A DNA stretch of 64,000 nt from an uncultured cyanobacterium (GTDB lineage: Bacteria; Cyanobacteriota; Cyanobacteriia; PCC-9006; JAAUQQ01). Below, piece after piece: positions 21,983 through 32,987 of the stretch. The stretch is from contig OY970368.1 of the NCBI GenBank assembly GCA_963718615.1, positions 2,688,001-2,752,000 on the forward strand. Direction: 5' to 3'. The notes below the pieces were generated by a model. That model was not told the DNA's origin. It ran no database searches and saw nothing but the letters and a program-made list of their open reading frames with translations. Position numbers and translations under genes: made by a program. Positions within the stretch are counted from its first letter, which is position 1; each line of letters begins with the position of its first letter.

Positions 21983-23479
21983 CTAGCCCACCAGGTGAGA
22001 TTCCACCAGATCAGCCAAACGTGCCGTCCAGGTTTCGACGAGCACTGCATCCGCTGCTTCGACCATGACCCGGATGAGGGGTTCGGTGCCTGAAGCCCGC
22101 ACGAGGACGCGGCCCCGATCGCCCATCGCCGTTTCAGCTTGGGCGATCGCCGCCATCAAGGGTTCACAGGTTTGCCACTGCATCCGCTTTTCCCGGTCTT
22201 CAACACGCACATTGCGCAGGAGCTGGGGATAGGTTTGGAAGCTTTGGCCCACGAGCTCGGCCAGGGAGGTTTGTGTCTCTTGCACCAAGGCCGTGAGGTG
22301 CAGCGCCGTCAGCAAACCGTCACCGGTTAGCCCATGGTGACGACAGAGGATATGACCCGACTGCTCGCCCCCCAGCATCGCCCCCAGGATTTCCATCTCT
22401 GCTTGCACATGCTGATCGCCCACGGCGGTGCGGATGAAGGTGCCACCGACTTCCTGCCAAGCCCGTTCAAACCCGAGATTGGCCATGACTGTCGTGACAA
22501 TTGTGTCGCCGGGAAGTTTGCCCTGCCGCCGCAGGTGAGTTCCCCACAGATAGAGAATATAGTCGCCGTCCACCGCTTGACCCTGGTGATCAACCGCGAG
22601 AACCCGATCGGCATCCCCATCAAAGGCAAACCCCAGGTGAGCGCCCTGGTCCCGCACGGCCTGCTGTAGCCGGTGCAGGTGGGTAGAGCCGCAGTTAACA
22701 TTGATGCGATCGCCATCGGGCTGATCATGGAGACAAATCAGCTCGGTCCCCAGGGCACGGAAAACCATCGGGGCCATCTGAGCCGCCGCGCCCCAGGCCA
22801 AATCCAGGACGACCTTAAGACCCTCAAAGGACTCGACACCGAGGGAATCCCGCAGAGAAAGCACATAGCGATCGAGCAAGTCGGGGGTAGATTGGTAACG
22901 ACCGTGGGGGCGATCGCCCAGCCGTTCCGGCCACTGGCCTCGCATCCCTTGCTCAATTCGACCTTGCAGCACCTTAGATAATTTTGTCCCAGCCGCACCA
23001 AATACCTTAATGCCATTGTCTGCTGGGGGGTTGTGGCTTGCAGAAATCATCACGCCGCCGATCGCCGCCGTCGTACTGGTAAGATAGGCCACCGCAGGGG
23101 TAGGACAGAGCCCCAAATGCCAAACCTCTAAGCCCGCAGACGTCAGACCCGCCGCCAAGGCCATGGCGAGGCTATGGCTAGAATTGCGAGAATCCTGGCC
23201 GACGAGAATAGGGCCGCTGGGCAACCCCACTTGCTGAGCTTCAGCCTGGAGAACTTGCCCCGTCCAAAAGCCAATTTGCAACGCCAAGGGCACCGTTAAG
23301 ATCTCACCCACTTTGCCCCGAATCCCATCTGTCCCAAACAACGGACTTTGGGGAAGGGTCAGCGTACACCACTGGGCAAGTTGCTCAGGGGTCAGCCCTT
23401 CCAACACCGGAGCCATGGACCGGAGCGACTGAGCCCCCAACGTCTGAGACGCGAAAGAAATCATCTTCAAACTCCACAC
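21983..23479 (-). CDS. glmM: phosphoglucosamine mutase
   Basis: [41 protein letters not shown]; start uncertain. Confidence 0.93.
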   Translation of the reverse strand: MWSLKMISFASQTLGAQSLRSMAPVLEGLTPEQLAQWCTLTLPQSPLFGTDGIRGKVGEILTVPLALQIGFWTGQVLQAEAQQVGLPSGPILVGQDSRNSSHSLAMALAAGLTSAGLEVWHLGLCPTPAVAYLTSTTAAIGGVMISASHNPPADNGIKVFGAAGTKLSKVLQGRIEQGMRGQWPERLGDRPHGRYQSTPDLLDRYVLSLRDSLGVESFEGLKVVLDLAWGAAAQMAPMVFRALGTELICLHDQPDGDRINVNCGSTHLHRLQQAVRDQGAHLGFAFDGDADRVLAVDHQGQAVDGDYILYLWGTHLRRQGKLPGDTIVTTVMANLGFERAWQEVGGTFIRTAVGDQHVQAEMEILGAMLGGEQSGHILCRHHGLTGDGLLTALHLTALVQETQTSLAELVGQSFQTYPQLLRNVRVEDREKRMQWQTCEPLMAAIAQAETAMGDRGRVLVRASGTEPLIRVMVEAADAVLVETWTARLADLVESHLVG

Positions 23480-23715
23480 AGAAATAGCGCAATTGCACAG
23501 GTATAGTGAGCCATGACATCCATGCGGTAATGCGGCAACGTGGCCATAAGGGGCCTATACCCGAGGCTCCCACCTAACGTTCTTCGGGGGCAAGGTCAGG
23601 ATATCAGAATAAATGCCTGTGTCGGAGCATAGCATTATTGCCTCAGTCCTGCGAGTCGTCCATTTTACTCGGACTTTACCCGGACATCCCTGTTGGCCTC
23701 CTGGAGCCATCTGTC

Positions 23716-24711
23716 ATGATTGATTTTTTGACCTTTCTCCGTTGTCTCACCTGGAAAACCTGGGTGCAGGCCATTCGCAGCGCGGGCCAGCAGCGGCTCA
23801 TGGGGTTGGCCTCGGAGATGGCCTACAATGCGACGCTCTCTCTTTTTCCGGCAATTTTGGCGCTGTTAACGGCAATCGGTCTCTTTGATGCCCCGCGCAC
23901 AGCGGCCCGGCGGCTGGCGGATCAGGTGGAAGCCGTGGCCCCGCTCCAGGTAGTCAATCTGGTGCAGGATTTCGTGGCGGACATTACCAATCGCAATCAG
24001 GGCCTGTTCTCCCTCAGTACGGTGGGAGCACTCTGGGCGATGTCGAGCGCGATTGGGGCTGCGATGGTCGCCATGGACCAGATCCATCAAATTCCCCCCA
24101 AACAACGGCGTCCGTTTTGGAAGCACCGGATTTTGGCGCTGTTTATTGCCATAGGCAGTATTGCGATGCTGCTAGGGGCAATTTTCTTGATTTTTGTCAG
24201 CGATTTTGCGGTACGGCTCCTGGCGAGTCAGAGTGGCGCATTTGAAATTTTTCTGCTGCGGCTGTGGCAGTGGTTGAGTTTGCCCATTGCCTTGGGGTTG
24301 GTGGCGATCGCCTTCTCCGTCATCTACCGTTGGGGACCGAGTCAATGGCGATCGGGAACGCCGATTTTGCCAGGAGCAGTCTTGGCCGCGATTTGCTGGG
24401 CGGGGCTATCGCTCCTTTTCCGCAATTATGTTCTGCAAATCGTGGACTACAATCGCACCTATGGCACCCTAGGCACGGTAATTGTTTTATTGCTCTGGCT
24501 GTACCTGGGCTGTTTGGTCATGCTCATGGGCAACCAGCTCAACATTACCGTGGGTAGCCTAGCGGGTACGATTCGTAACGGTAGCAATCGCGCTGGGGGC
24601 CGCAACCCGCAACGAAATAACTCAGGGTTCCGTCTAGGAGGATCGTCGCGGTCGCGTCGTCGCCAAGATCCCTACGGCAATCGTGAAGAAGAGGAGGACC
24701 CAGAGGACTAG
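23716..24711 (+). CDS. YihY/BrkB-family membrane protein
   Basis: LA.EMAY..LSLFP, Y..TYGTLG.VIVLLLWLY; ATG 23716 preferred. Confidence 0.9.
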   Translation: MIDFLTFLRCLTWKTWVQAIRSAGQQRLMGLASEMAYNATLSLFPAILALLTAIGLFDAPRTAARRLADQVEAVAPLQVVNLVQDFVADITNRNQGLFSLSTVGALWAMSSAIGAAMVAMDQIHQIPPKQRRPFWKHRILALFIAIGSIAMLLGAIFLIFVSDFAVRLLASQSGAFEIFLLRLWQWLSLPIALGLVAIAFSVIYRWGPSQWRSGTPILPGAVLAAICWAGLSLLFRNYVLQIVDYNRTYGTLGTVIVLLLWLYLGCLVMLMGNQLNITVGSLAGTIRNGSNRAGGRNPQRNNSGFRLGGSSRSRRRQDPYGNREEEEDPED

Positions 24712-25074
24712 ACCCTGTACAAAAGAGAGGACACCCAACCCTCGCAAAACCCAGAAAGATAGGGTTACAACCAGGCTAGTTAAAAATAGAACCAGACGAG
24801 GAGACATACAAAAATCCGCTTTTTGACTAAAAACTCAAGTTTTGGCTAAAGCCCTCTGCAAACATCCTTGCCCCCAAGATAGCTGGAAAAATAGCCGGAA
24901 CCATAACTGGAAAATTTGATTGCACCGAATTTCCATTGGCGCGTTATCGTAGTCATCAATTTGTGATTGTTTGTGATTGTCTGATCGATCCCTTCGCTCT
25001 GCCGCTTCGACGTTTTCGTCCAACACCGCCAACGCTCTCCAACCGCCAATTGCCCCCAACCGCCCCCCAACACC

Positions 25075-27258
25075 ATGATGAAGCCCTTTAAATTAATGGT
25101 GAAGCAACCCAAGCTGAATTTTATTCTGTTGGCCAGTGCGGTCACAGCCCTGGCCTTAGGGGCGGCGGCGGGATTGTTGATCCCAACCTTGAGCACGCTC
25201 AAATCAGCCCAGACGGGCAGCGAACAACGCTCTAGCCATCAACCCGATAGTCAGGGATTGAATGCCCTCAGCAATTTGCAGCTAGAACTGATTGCCAATC
25301 GTCCGGACGCAGATCTAGCCCGCAGTCGGGCTCGCTATATTTTGGCGTCGCGATCGCTCTTGGATCGCCCAGAGGACAGTCTGAAATGGCTCACAGGCTT
25401 AGAAAAGGACTACGCCCTGCTCGCGCCCCACATCCTCAGTTTGCGTGCCCAGGCCCAGAGCAAGCAGGGCCATGAGAACCAGGCAGAAGCCACCTGGAAA
25501 ACCCTGGCCCAGACCTATGAAAAAAGTCCAGTCGTGGTCGAAGCTTGGGTGGCGCTGGGCAAGAAGGATCAGAGCTATGGGGACCGGGCGATCGCCCAAT
25601 ATCCCGCCCATCCCGCCACGGTTCAATTAGCGCTCGATCGCCTCAAAACCGACCCCGAGAATGTACCGCTGATGCTGATCGTGGCCCGCTATGGTCATCA
25701 TCTGCCGGAATTGCCCAGTATTTTGTCGAAGCTGATCGAAAAACACGCCGCCCAACTCACACCGGAGCATTGGGAAGAAATTGCCTTTGCCTACTGGGAA
25801 AAACTGGACTTTGTCGGTGCGGCCAAAGCCTACGCCAAAGCACCCCCCACGGCCCTGCATCTCTATCGCACCGCCCGCAGTTTGCAGCTCAGCGAACAGC
25901 AAACTAAATCAAAACCGATTTATCAGCAGATTCCCCAAACTTTTCCAGAGAGCGACGAAGCCGGTTTAGCACTGAAACGCTTGGCCGAGATGGAAACGGG
26001 GCAGAAAGCGATTCCATTGTGGGACCAGCTCATTGCCCGCTATCCAAACTACGCCGCTGAGGCATTACTGCAAAAGTCACGCATTCTCGACAAACTGAAC
26101 AGTCAGGCTTCGGCCTCACAAATCCGTCAGTTGCTGTTGGAAAAATACAGCAGTTCTGATGCGGCGGCGGAATTACGCTGGGAACTGGCGGAGAAATACG
26201 CAGCGGCGCGAAAACTGCCTGAAGCCATCCAGCTCGCGACCCGCATTACAGAAAACAATCCAGACCATGAAATTGCGCCCAAGGCAGGATTCTGGGCGGC
26301 TCGCTGGCTCCAAGCCCAGGGCCAGGATCGGCAAGCTGCAAAAACCTTTGAAACCGTCCTCAAACAACATCCAGAGTCCTACTACGCCTGGCGCTCCGCA
26401 GGGGTTTTGGGATTGCCTGTGGGGGATTTTCTCTCGGTGCGCCAGAGCAAACCCACCATGACCCAGCACCCTCAGCGGACAACTTTACCTACGGCATCTG
26501 ATCTCACCCGTGAGCTGTATTCCCTCGGTGAAGATCAGGCCGCCTGGCGGCTCTGGCAGGTGGAATATGTCCACCGCAAGGATCCGTCGGTGGCGGAACA
26601 GTTTACGGATGGCCTCTTGCGTTTGGGGGTAGGCGATCATTTGGATGGCATCTACATGGTGGGCAGTTTGGCCAATCGAGAAAAACCCGACGACAAAAAA
26701 GCCTACGCAGACCTCCGGCGTCAGGTGGGCTATTGGTATGCCCTGTACCCCCTGCCGTTCTTTAACGAAATTCAGCAAGCAGCCCAAGCCCAGCAGTTAA
26801 ATCCGCTGTTGGTAACGGCGCTCATCCGTCAAGAGTCGCGGTTTATGCCAGGGATTGAGTCGGTCGTAGGGGCAACGGGCCTGATGCAGGTTATGCCAGA
26901 GACGGCTGATTGGGTAGCTCCGAACGTGGGACTAAAGAGTTTTAAGCTCAACAATCCGCTGGACAATCTCAAGCTGGGTACCTGGTATCTCAAGTACACC
27001 CACGAGGAATGGGAGGGCAACTCGATGTTGGCAGTGGCGAGCTATAACGCTGGACCGGGCAATGTACAGGACTGGGTAACTCGGTTCCAAAATTCAGATG
27101 TGGATACATTTGTGGAGAAAATTCCGTTCCCAGAAACGCGCGGCTACGTGGAGTCGGTTTTTGAAAATTACTGGAATTACCTGCGGCTCTATAATCCAGA
27201 AACTTCGGCGTTACTAGCACAATATTCTGAGGAGCATGGTGCCTTGGCCAAACGCTAG
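25075..27258 (+). CDS. soluble lytic murein transglycosylase (TPR + SLT)
   Basis: N-terminal anchor, TPRs, IRQESRF, GLMQVMP.TA, SYNAGPG, ETRGYV. Confidence 0.95.
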   Translation: MMKPFKLMVKQPKLNFILLASAVTALALGAAAGLLIPTLSTLKSAQTGSEQRSSHQPDSQGLNALSNLQLELIANRPDADLARSRARYILASRSLLDRPEDSLKWLTGLEKDYALLAPHILSLRAQAQSKQGHENQAEATWKTLAQTYEKSPVVVEAWVALGKKDQSYGDRAIAQYPAHPATVQLALDRLKTDPENVPLMLIVARYGHHLPELPSILSKLIEKHAAQLTPEHWEEIAFAYWEKLDFVGAAKAYAKAPPTALHLYRTARSLQLSEQQTKSKPIYQQIPQTFPESDEAGLALKRLAEMETGQKAIPLWDQLIARYPNYAAEALLQKSRILDKLNSQASASQIRQLLLEKYSSSDAAAELRWELAEKYAAARKLPEAIQLATRITENNPDHEIAPKAGFWAARWLQAQGQDRQAAKTFETVLKQHPESYYAWRSAGVLGLPVGDFLSVRQSKPTMTQHPQRTTLPTASDLTRELYSLGEDQAAWRLWQVEYVHRKDPSVAEQFTDGLLRLGVGDHLDGIYMVGSLANREKPDDKKAYADLRRQVGYWYALYPLPFFNEIQQAAQAQQLNPLLVTALIRQESRFMPGIESVVGATGLMQVMPETADWVAPNVGLKSFKLNNPLDNLKLGTWYLKYTHEEWEGNSMLAVASYNAGPGNVQDWVTRFQNSDVDTFVEKIPFPETRGYVESVFENYWNYLRLYNPETSALLAQYSEEHGALAKR

Positions 27259-27508
27259 AGGAGCAACCATTTTTCGAGGAATCTATGGGTTTTCTCTCCC
27301 GATTTTCGACTCCCTCTCTTTTCCTGTTCCTGGGTTTTCTCTTGACGACATTGATTGGGGTGGCCAAAAATTCATTTGGGTATGAGCCAAGGCATGCTTC
27401 TGGCGCGGGTAGCTGACCAAGTTGCGTCTGAATCTGGTGAGCTATCAGTGGATGCAGGAAAGCCGAGAACGGTTGCTGCATTTGCCGAAAAGTCTTTAGA
27501 GTTAATAC

Positions 27509-28129
27509 TCACCACTCCCCCGCCAACTGCATCAATTCTGCTATCGCCCGAGCCAAAGCCTGATCGCGAACCGCCTCTTGAGCCAACTCATCCGCCACTA
27601 TGATCGTTACATCAATCACGCCAATCACGCCTAAAATTGCCTTTAAGTAAGGTTCCAGAAAATTTCGAGCGGCAGCATCTGTTCCTGATCGATAGTTAAA
27701 CTTACGGGTCGTAATAATTAACGCTTTTTTATTTTTAAGTGCACCGCTTGGTTTGCCCATTTCATCAAAGGTCAATGTGCGATCGCGTCGAATCACCTGA
27801 TCCAGATAAGCCTTAAACACCGAGGGCACCGTCAAGTTATACATCGGCATCGCAAACACATAGCGATCCGCAGCAAAGAGTTCATCAATTAAAATATCGG
27901 AAAGAGCAATAGCTTGATTCATTTGGGGCGATCGCGCCTCTGGCTGAGTTTCGTAAGCCTCTACCCAAATCTCATCCAGATGGGGAATCGGATCCCGAGC
28001 TAAATTGCGGTAAATGACCCGAGCCTCGGGGTTAAAAACCTGCCAAGACTCGATAAACTGTCGACTCAAACTTCGGGACTGAGAACCTTGGATCCGGGCA
28101 CTGGCATCAACCTGAAGAATCGTGGTCAT
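27509..28129 (-). CDS. azoR: FMN-dependent NADH-azoreductase
   Basis: ILQVDASAR..S.SR.L, PMYN..VP..FKAYLD. Confidence 0.9.
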   Translation of the reverse strand: MTTILQVDASARIQGSQSRSLSRQFIESWQVFNPEARVIYRNLARDPIPHLDEIWVEAYETQPEARSPQMNQAIALSDILIDELFAADRYVFAMPMYNLTVPSVFKAYLDQVIRRDRTLTFDEMGKPSGALKNKKALIITTRKFNYRSGTDAAARNFLEPYLKAILGVIGVIDVTIIVADELAQEAVRDQALARAIAELMQLAGEW

Positions 28130-29091
28130 TGTGCTACCACCGCCTTTAAGATATTCATCGGACCGATCGCCTTAAGTTGCGCAAGCTGTTCAGCATCTTT
28201 TACAAACAGTGACCCTGCGAACCCCAAGGAATTAATCGAAATCCCCGCAGAAGCTTCGGCCCGACGAGGAATGATCAAGAGCCAATCGCGGGTGGCTAAC
28301 AGATTGTAGGGGCGGGGCTGAAGGCGATCGCCTTCAGGACTAGACTCGGACCGTAAGTCTTCTGACCATAAGTCTTCTGACCGTAAGTCTTCTGACCATA
28401 AGTCCAAGGCTTTTAACATTGTTTTGTATAGATTCAAAGTCCCCTGGGCCGCCGCCGTTAGATCCTGATTCCAATCGAAATTGAGGGGGGCGATCGCATG
28501 GTGAAAGGGCAACGCGCTTTGATTCAGCCCTGCTCGAAATTCTCTTGGGTTAAAAACCGCTTCCATCGGCAACGCCGGTCCCTCGGGCACCATGGGCAAG
28601 GGAACTAATTGCAAATGCTTATGACGCTGACTGGCTCCAGCCAGTTTGCCCCCGTTATAGAACGCTAATCCATCTATTTCCCGCAACGTTAACCCCATCG
28701 CTTCAAAATCCTGAACCGTTAGCAAACTGTCTTGGGATTCAAAGGCTCGGGTAATCATCAACAAATGATGATCCACGACATTAAATTTATTGAGAATACA
28801 AACATGGGTCGGGGAGAGATCAGCCACAAACAGATCTGGATCGTAGGGCAAAAACGGATTGAACGCTTCGCCTTGCAATAGCTTACGCTCGGCCCCTGCT
28901 CGCGCTTTCCGTAGAATGTTAGCGGCAATTCGCACCACAAAGGGAATGCCTGCATCTACGACGAGCTCACTGTCCGTTGCGATCGGCTGCAGTGCGCCAC
29001 AGGCCAAACCATGCTGGGTCGCTGCGAGGGTACGGGACCAGAGAGTATTGGGTGTCAGCAATGGATCCGTCATCATCAAGTTCGTGATCAT
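28126..29091 (-). CDS. ATP adenylyltransferase / Ap4A phosphorylase (Apa2-like)
   Basis: NPFLPYD, LNKFNV..HHLL, FYNGG..AGASQRHKHLQ, INSLGFAG; stop overlaps the azoR start. Confidence 0.9.
   Translation of the reverse strand: MITNLMMTDPLLTPNTLWSRTLAATQHGLACGALQPIATDSELVVDAGIPFVVRIAANILRKARAGAERKLLQGEAFNPFLPYDPDLFVADLSPTHVCILNKFNVVDHHLLMITRAFESQDSLLTVQDFEAMGLTLREIDGLAFYNGGKLAGASQRHKHLQLVPLPMVPEGPALPMEAVFNPREFRAGLNQSALPFHHAIAPLNFDWNQDLTAAAQGTLNLYKTMLKALDLWSEDLRSEDLWSEDLRSESSPEGDRLQPRPYNLLATRDWLLIIPRRAEASAGISINSLGFAGSLFVKDAEQLAQLKAIGPMNILKAVVAQ
28349..28404. repeat. 15-bp in-frame tandem repeat (DLWSE/DLRSE x4)
   Basis: GACC[GA]TAAGTCTTCT alternating, about 4 copies. Confidence 0.9.
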
Positions 29092-29213
29092 TTTACCGCG
29101 TTCTCTCGCTCAGGGGGATTGAGAGCGTTTCAAAAATGGCAACCCAGGCTTGGCCGCCGTTGAGACCCCCTAATCTGAAGCCATAGACAAGCTTTCCCAC
29201 ACCATAAAGCCTT

Positions 29214-30734
29214 ATGAAGCCTAACGTTTCTCTGGGCCTGTTGACCCTTTTGCTCGCCGCCATGGTGGGGCCGGAGGGGGCGATCGCAACCCCCGCCATC
29301 GGTAACCCAACAATGCCTTTGACAGCCATGCCCTTGGCCCAAACCTGGGGAATTCTAGACTCAGAGCCAGCCCCTCCGGCTCCAACCGCAGCGCCCTCAG
29401 AGACGGTCTCCCCCAATCTAGAAGAGCCGAAGACGATGCCCAGTCCCAGTGAGCAGCTTCGAGCGGCGCAAGATCGCTACCGCACCGTCATCGACCAAAC
29501 CGTGGCCATGGTCAATAATCCCGAAGCCCAACGCCTCGCCCAGCGCTTCGGTCTCAACATTCTCAACATCACTTGGGAGGATACAGGCCGATACAAAGGC
29601 TCCTCGGTGGGTCCCAACATCAGCGATATGACCATTCAGGTGCAGCAGCGTGATCTTCGTAGTGGCCAATACAACCTCAGCCTAATGCCTGTGATTCGGC
29701 ATCCAAATTTTTCCGATGAAACCGCCGATGTCGATCTCGACAAATTCTTTGTCCTCGTTGGCAACGAAAAGGGAAAAGACCTCCAGCGGGTGTCCGTGCG
29801 TGAACTCCTGGGCAATTTACGTCAATATCTCCATGAACCGGAGTCTTGGAAAGGTCGACAACTGTCCCTGCTTGCGCCCCGTGATAGCCATGCGTTGGTC
29901 AGCGCTCAAGCCGCATTTTTGCCAATTCCCCAAACGGGCGAAGCTCAATTTAATCCCGTTTTATTTAACTATCAATCCTATCCAGACAATCCAGCGGTTT
30001 TGACGATTTTGGCTACCCGTGAGGGAACCAGCGTTACGGTGATTGATAATACCCGAGATGGCTTCGAGGCCGGAGCAACCTGGGGGCAGCGGCTCTTTTT
30101 TAACAAAAATGGTGAACGGGCCAGTCTGACTGGAAAACGGCTCAGCGATTTTAACCGCGAGGGCGACAGCAATGCCGGTGACTCCTCAGCGATTGCAACC
30201 GCTCCTAACGTGACCGAAGCAGATGGCGTCAACATGGTGTTGCTCATCCAAGTCCCGCTCAAGCAAAAGGAACAGCCTCGCCAAGTCACAGGCAACCTCG
30301 CTGATGGGGCAAACCTGCCCATGGCTGCTGCTCCCACTGCGGCGATGGAGGCGGCTAAGAGTGATGTGGAAGCGGCAGTGGTGGGCCATGGCGCAGTGGA
30401 AGGCCCGTTTACGGAAATTGACAATTTGGCGATCGAGCGGGATCCACGCTTCCCGATACGGGCCACCGTGCAGTTTTACAAGGCCACGAGCAATGGCATC
30501 GTCTCTGAGTCAGATCTGCAACAGATTCATCAACAAATTAGCCGAGTCTATGCAGGGGGAGACTACGTGGGCAGCTTGGTGACGGAAGGTGCAACCCAGC
30601 GGCCTACGGAATACGACGGTCCGAAGCAAGAACCCCCTGATTGGTGGAGTAACTTTTGGCAACGTCATGAGCAAAACACCGGACAATCTCGCGGGGTGGT
30701 TTGGGATTTGTGGCAGCGGTTGCTGGGACAATAA
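29214..30734 (+). CDS. secreted hypothetical protein
   Basis: Signal peptide, Pro-rich linker, globular domain (WEDTGR.KGS.VGPNISDMT). Confidence 0.8.
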   Translation: MKPNVSLGLLTLLLAAMVGPEGAIATPAIGNPTMPLTAMPLAQTWGILDSEPAPPAPTAAPSETVSPNLEEPKTMPSPSEQLRAAQDRYRTVIDQTVAMVNNPEAQRLAQRFGLNILNITWEDTGRYKGSSVGPNISDMTIQVQQRDLRSGQYNLSLMPVIRHPNFSDETADVDLDKFFVLVGNEKGKDLQRVSVRELLGNLRQYLHEPESWKGRQLSLLAPRDSHALVSAQAAFLPIPQTGEAQFNPVLFNYQSYPDNPAVLTILATREGTSVTVIDNTRDGFEAGATWGQRLFFNKNGERASLTGKRLSDFNREGDSNAGDSSAIATAPNVTEADGVNMVLLIQVPLKQKEQPRQVTGNLADGANLPMAAAPTAAMEAAKSDVEAAVVGHGAVEGPFTEIDNLAIERDPRFPIRATVQFYKATSNGIVSESDLQQIHQQISRVYAGGDYVGSLVTEGATQRPTEYDGPKQEPPDWWSNFWQRHEQNTGQSRGVVWDLWQRLLGQ

Positions 30735-30910
30735 CGCAAGCCATCCTCGTAAACACCCACACCAGCGGGCTAAAGATGTTGCCCAATATTAAGTGACCAA
30801 GGGCTTAAAAAACTGCCGATTTGGCAACCTTTTTTAGATCTCCTGTGGAATATTGGCGGTGAGACTCAGATCGCGATCGCCCCCTCTAACCTCACCCGGA
30901 GATAATCCCC

Positions 30911-32968
30911 ATGGCCCAGACGATTAGTCCGCTTCCCCCCCTCGAACAATTCGGTTCGGAGCAACAGCTTAAATCGTACTTCCTAGAAACGGCCCTCAAG
31001 CAATATTCGTCGCTCTTTGGCCAAGAGGCTTATCCCTACTATCCCTATCTTTATACGAAAGGCGGAGGGGCTTTAGCGGATTTCCCAGTCGCCTCAGATG
31101 TAGGTTTTCAAGCCTCGAATGGCTCGGCCACTAGCACGACGGTCAGCAATCCGAGCTATTCCCAAACCAACACCCAAGAGCAAGGGGTGGATGAAGCGGA
31201 TCTCGTCGAAACCAACGGTAAGTTTATCTATCAAGTCGATAATCAGAAGCTGACCGTTATTGATGCTCGTAATCCTACCCATTTAGCCATTACCTTTCAA
31301 AAGGATCTGTCGGACCTTGGCAATATCCAGGGTATGTATCTGTATAACAATCAGCTTACGGTGGTTTCGACGCAGGCGTTTTGGCCCTTAGCCTATCGGA
31401 GTACAGGGGCGATCGCCAGCATCTTCCCACCTTATAATTACGAACCCACGGTTAAAATTAGCGTTTTTGATGTTTCCAATCCCCGCTCGATCAAACTCCA
31501 GGAAAGCTCAACCCTGGATGGAACGCTGCTGTCATCCCGTGCGGTCGGTGACAAGGTTTATGTGGTGACCCAGGACAGCTTTGGCTTGCCCGCCCCTGAG
31601 ACGGTTTATAAACCTAGACTAGTTCTAGATAGGGCCACCGCTCAAACGGTTGCGCCCGCCGATGACCTATCCATCAGTGCCAAAGCCTCTACCCTCTTGT
31701 TTCCCCCCTCCTATCCCCAGGGCTATCGCTACGAAACGAAGGCAGAATACCTAAAACGGATCCAAGGAAAAGAACTAGCGCTCGCATTACCTGAATATAC
31801 GACGGTGGATGGTCGCGGTAAAACCGTCAGCGAAGGGCTGCTAAACCAGGCTCAGGATATCTATAAACCGCTGACGGCACAGCCCTACAACATGGCATCG
31901 GTTTCGATGTTTGATGTGGATGATCGGCATCTAGGACCCGATGCTTCCATTGGCGTACCGACCAACAATTTGAGCGAGGTTTACATGTCCCAAGAGAACC
32001 TCTATCTCTTGGGAAATTGGTGGCAGGGAGACCAAACAGGAATTCTCAAAATTGATCTAGATTCACTCGATTTAGTGGCCCGAGGTGAGGTGCCCGGTCG
32101 CGCTTTAGATCAGTTTTCTGTCGATGAAGAAAACGGATTTTTGCGAGTCGCAACGACGGAAGGGTTTGGGACCAAGGCTACGAACAACCTGTATGTCTTG
32201 GGCCAACAGGGTCAAACCTTAAAAACGGTGGGCCAAATTGACAACATTGCCCCAGGGGAAACGATTCGCTCGGCTCGACTCCAAGATGACTACGGATTCC
32301 TCGTGACCTTCCAACAGGTAGATCCGTTTTTCGCTCTCGATCTGAGCAAACCTACGGCACCCAAAATTACCGGTGAAATCAAGCTTCCAGGATTCTCTGA
32401 GTATCTACAGGTGATTGAAAACGAAGGCAGAACCCAAGTCCTGGGGGTCGGTCGCGACGCTGATGCCATGGGTCGAGCCAAGGGGCTGAAGCTATCGCTG
32501 TTTGATGTGGAAAATCTATACGCGCCCAAAGAGGTGGATAGCTATTTGTTTGAGGGTCAATACAGCAGTTCCGAGGCGCAGTGGGATCCCCAGGCGGTTG
32601 GCTATTTCGCCAGCTTCGACCGGTTAGCCATTCCCTTCCAAAATTCAGTGGGAGGCCAGGGACTTCGGGTCTTTGATGTGGATGCCCAGGATGGATTTAG
32701 CGTGATTGGAGACATTAGCCATGGCAACCATAGTATCCGCCGCAGTTTGGTCATTGGCGATGACCTCTACGCGATTTCGGCGGAGCGGATTACCGTTCAT
32801 GATATTCACACGCTGAAGCTGATGGATGAGGTGGTGTGGTCAGGCGCTAAGAGTGGGGGAAGCTCAATTTCCTTGGGTGGACCTGGGTTGTTAGGGGCAG
32901 CGATCGCAACCCCCACAGCCACAACCCCCACAGCCACAACCCCAGCAGATGCATTGGCACTTTTTTAG
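30911..32968 (+). CDS. beta-propeller domain protein (Beta_propel-like)
   Basis: YS.TNTQE.GVDEAD.V.T.G, DQFS.DE..G.LRVATT, VTF.QVDP.F.LDLS, GEIKLPGFS.YL. Confidence 0.88.
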   Translation: MAQTISPLPPLEQFGSEQQLKSYFLETALKQYSSLFGQEAYPYYPYLYTKGGGALADFPVASDVGFQASNGSATSTTVSNPSYSQTNTQEQGVDEADLVETNGKFIYQVDNQKLTVIDARNPTHLAITFQKDLSDLGNIQGMYLYNNQLTVVSTQAFWPLAYRSTGAIASIFPPYNYEPTVKISVFDVSNPRSIKLQESSTLDGTLLSSRAVGDKVYVVTQDSFGLPAPETVYKPRLVLDRATAQTVAPADDLSISAKASTLLFPPSYPQGYRYETKAEYLKRIQGKELALALPEYTTVDGRGKTVSEGLLNQAQDIYKPLTAQPYNMASVSMFDVDDRHLGPDASIGVPTNNLSEVYMSQENLYLLGNWWQGDQTGILKIDLDSLDLVARGEVPGRALDQFSVDEENGFLRVATTEGFGTKATNNLYVLGQQGQTLKTVGQIDNIAPGETIRSARLQDDYGFLVTFQQVDPFFALDLSKPTAPKITGEIKLPGFSEYLQVIENEGRTQVLGVGRDADAMGRAKGLKLSLFDVENLYAPKEVDSYLFEGQYSSSEAQWDPQAVGYFASFDRLAIPFQNSVGGQGLRVFDVDAQDGFSVIGDISHGNHSIRRSLVIGDDLYAISAERITVHDIHTLKLMDEVVWSGAKSGGSSISLGGPGLLGAAIATPTATTPTATTPADALALF

Positions 32969-32987
32969 GGGGCCTTTTCAAAGGGGT

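Noticed and set aside
27285-27603. Short hydrophobic ORF at 27285 and ORF 27355-27603 after the SLT gene
   Set aside because: No recognisable motif, and the longer ORF overlaps azoR on the opposite strand; cannot be supported.
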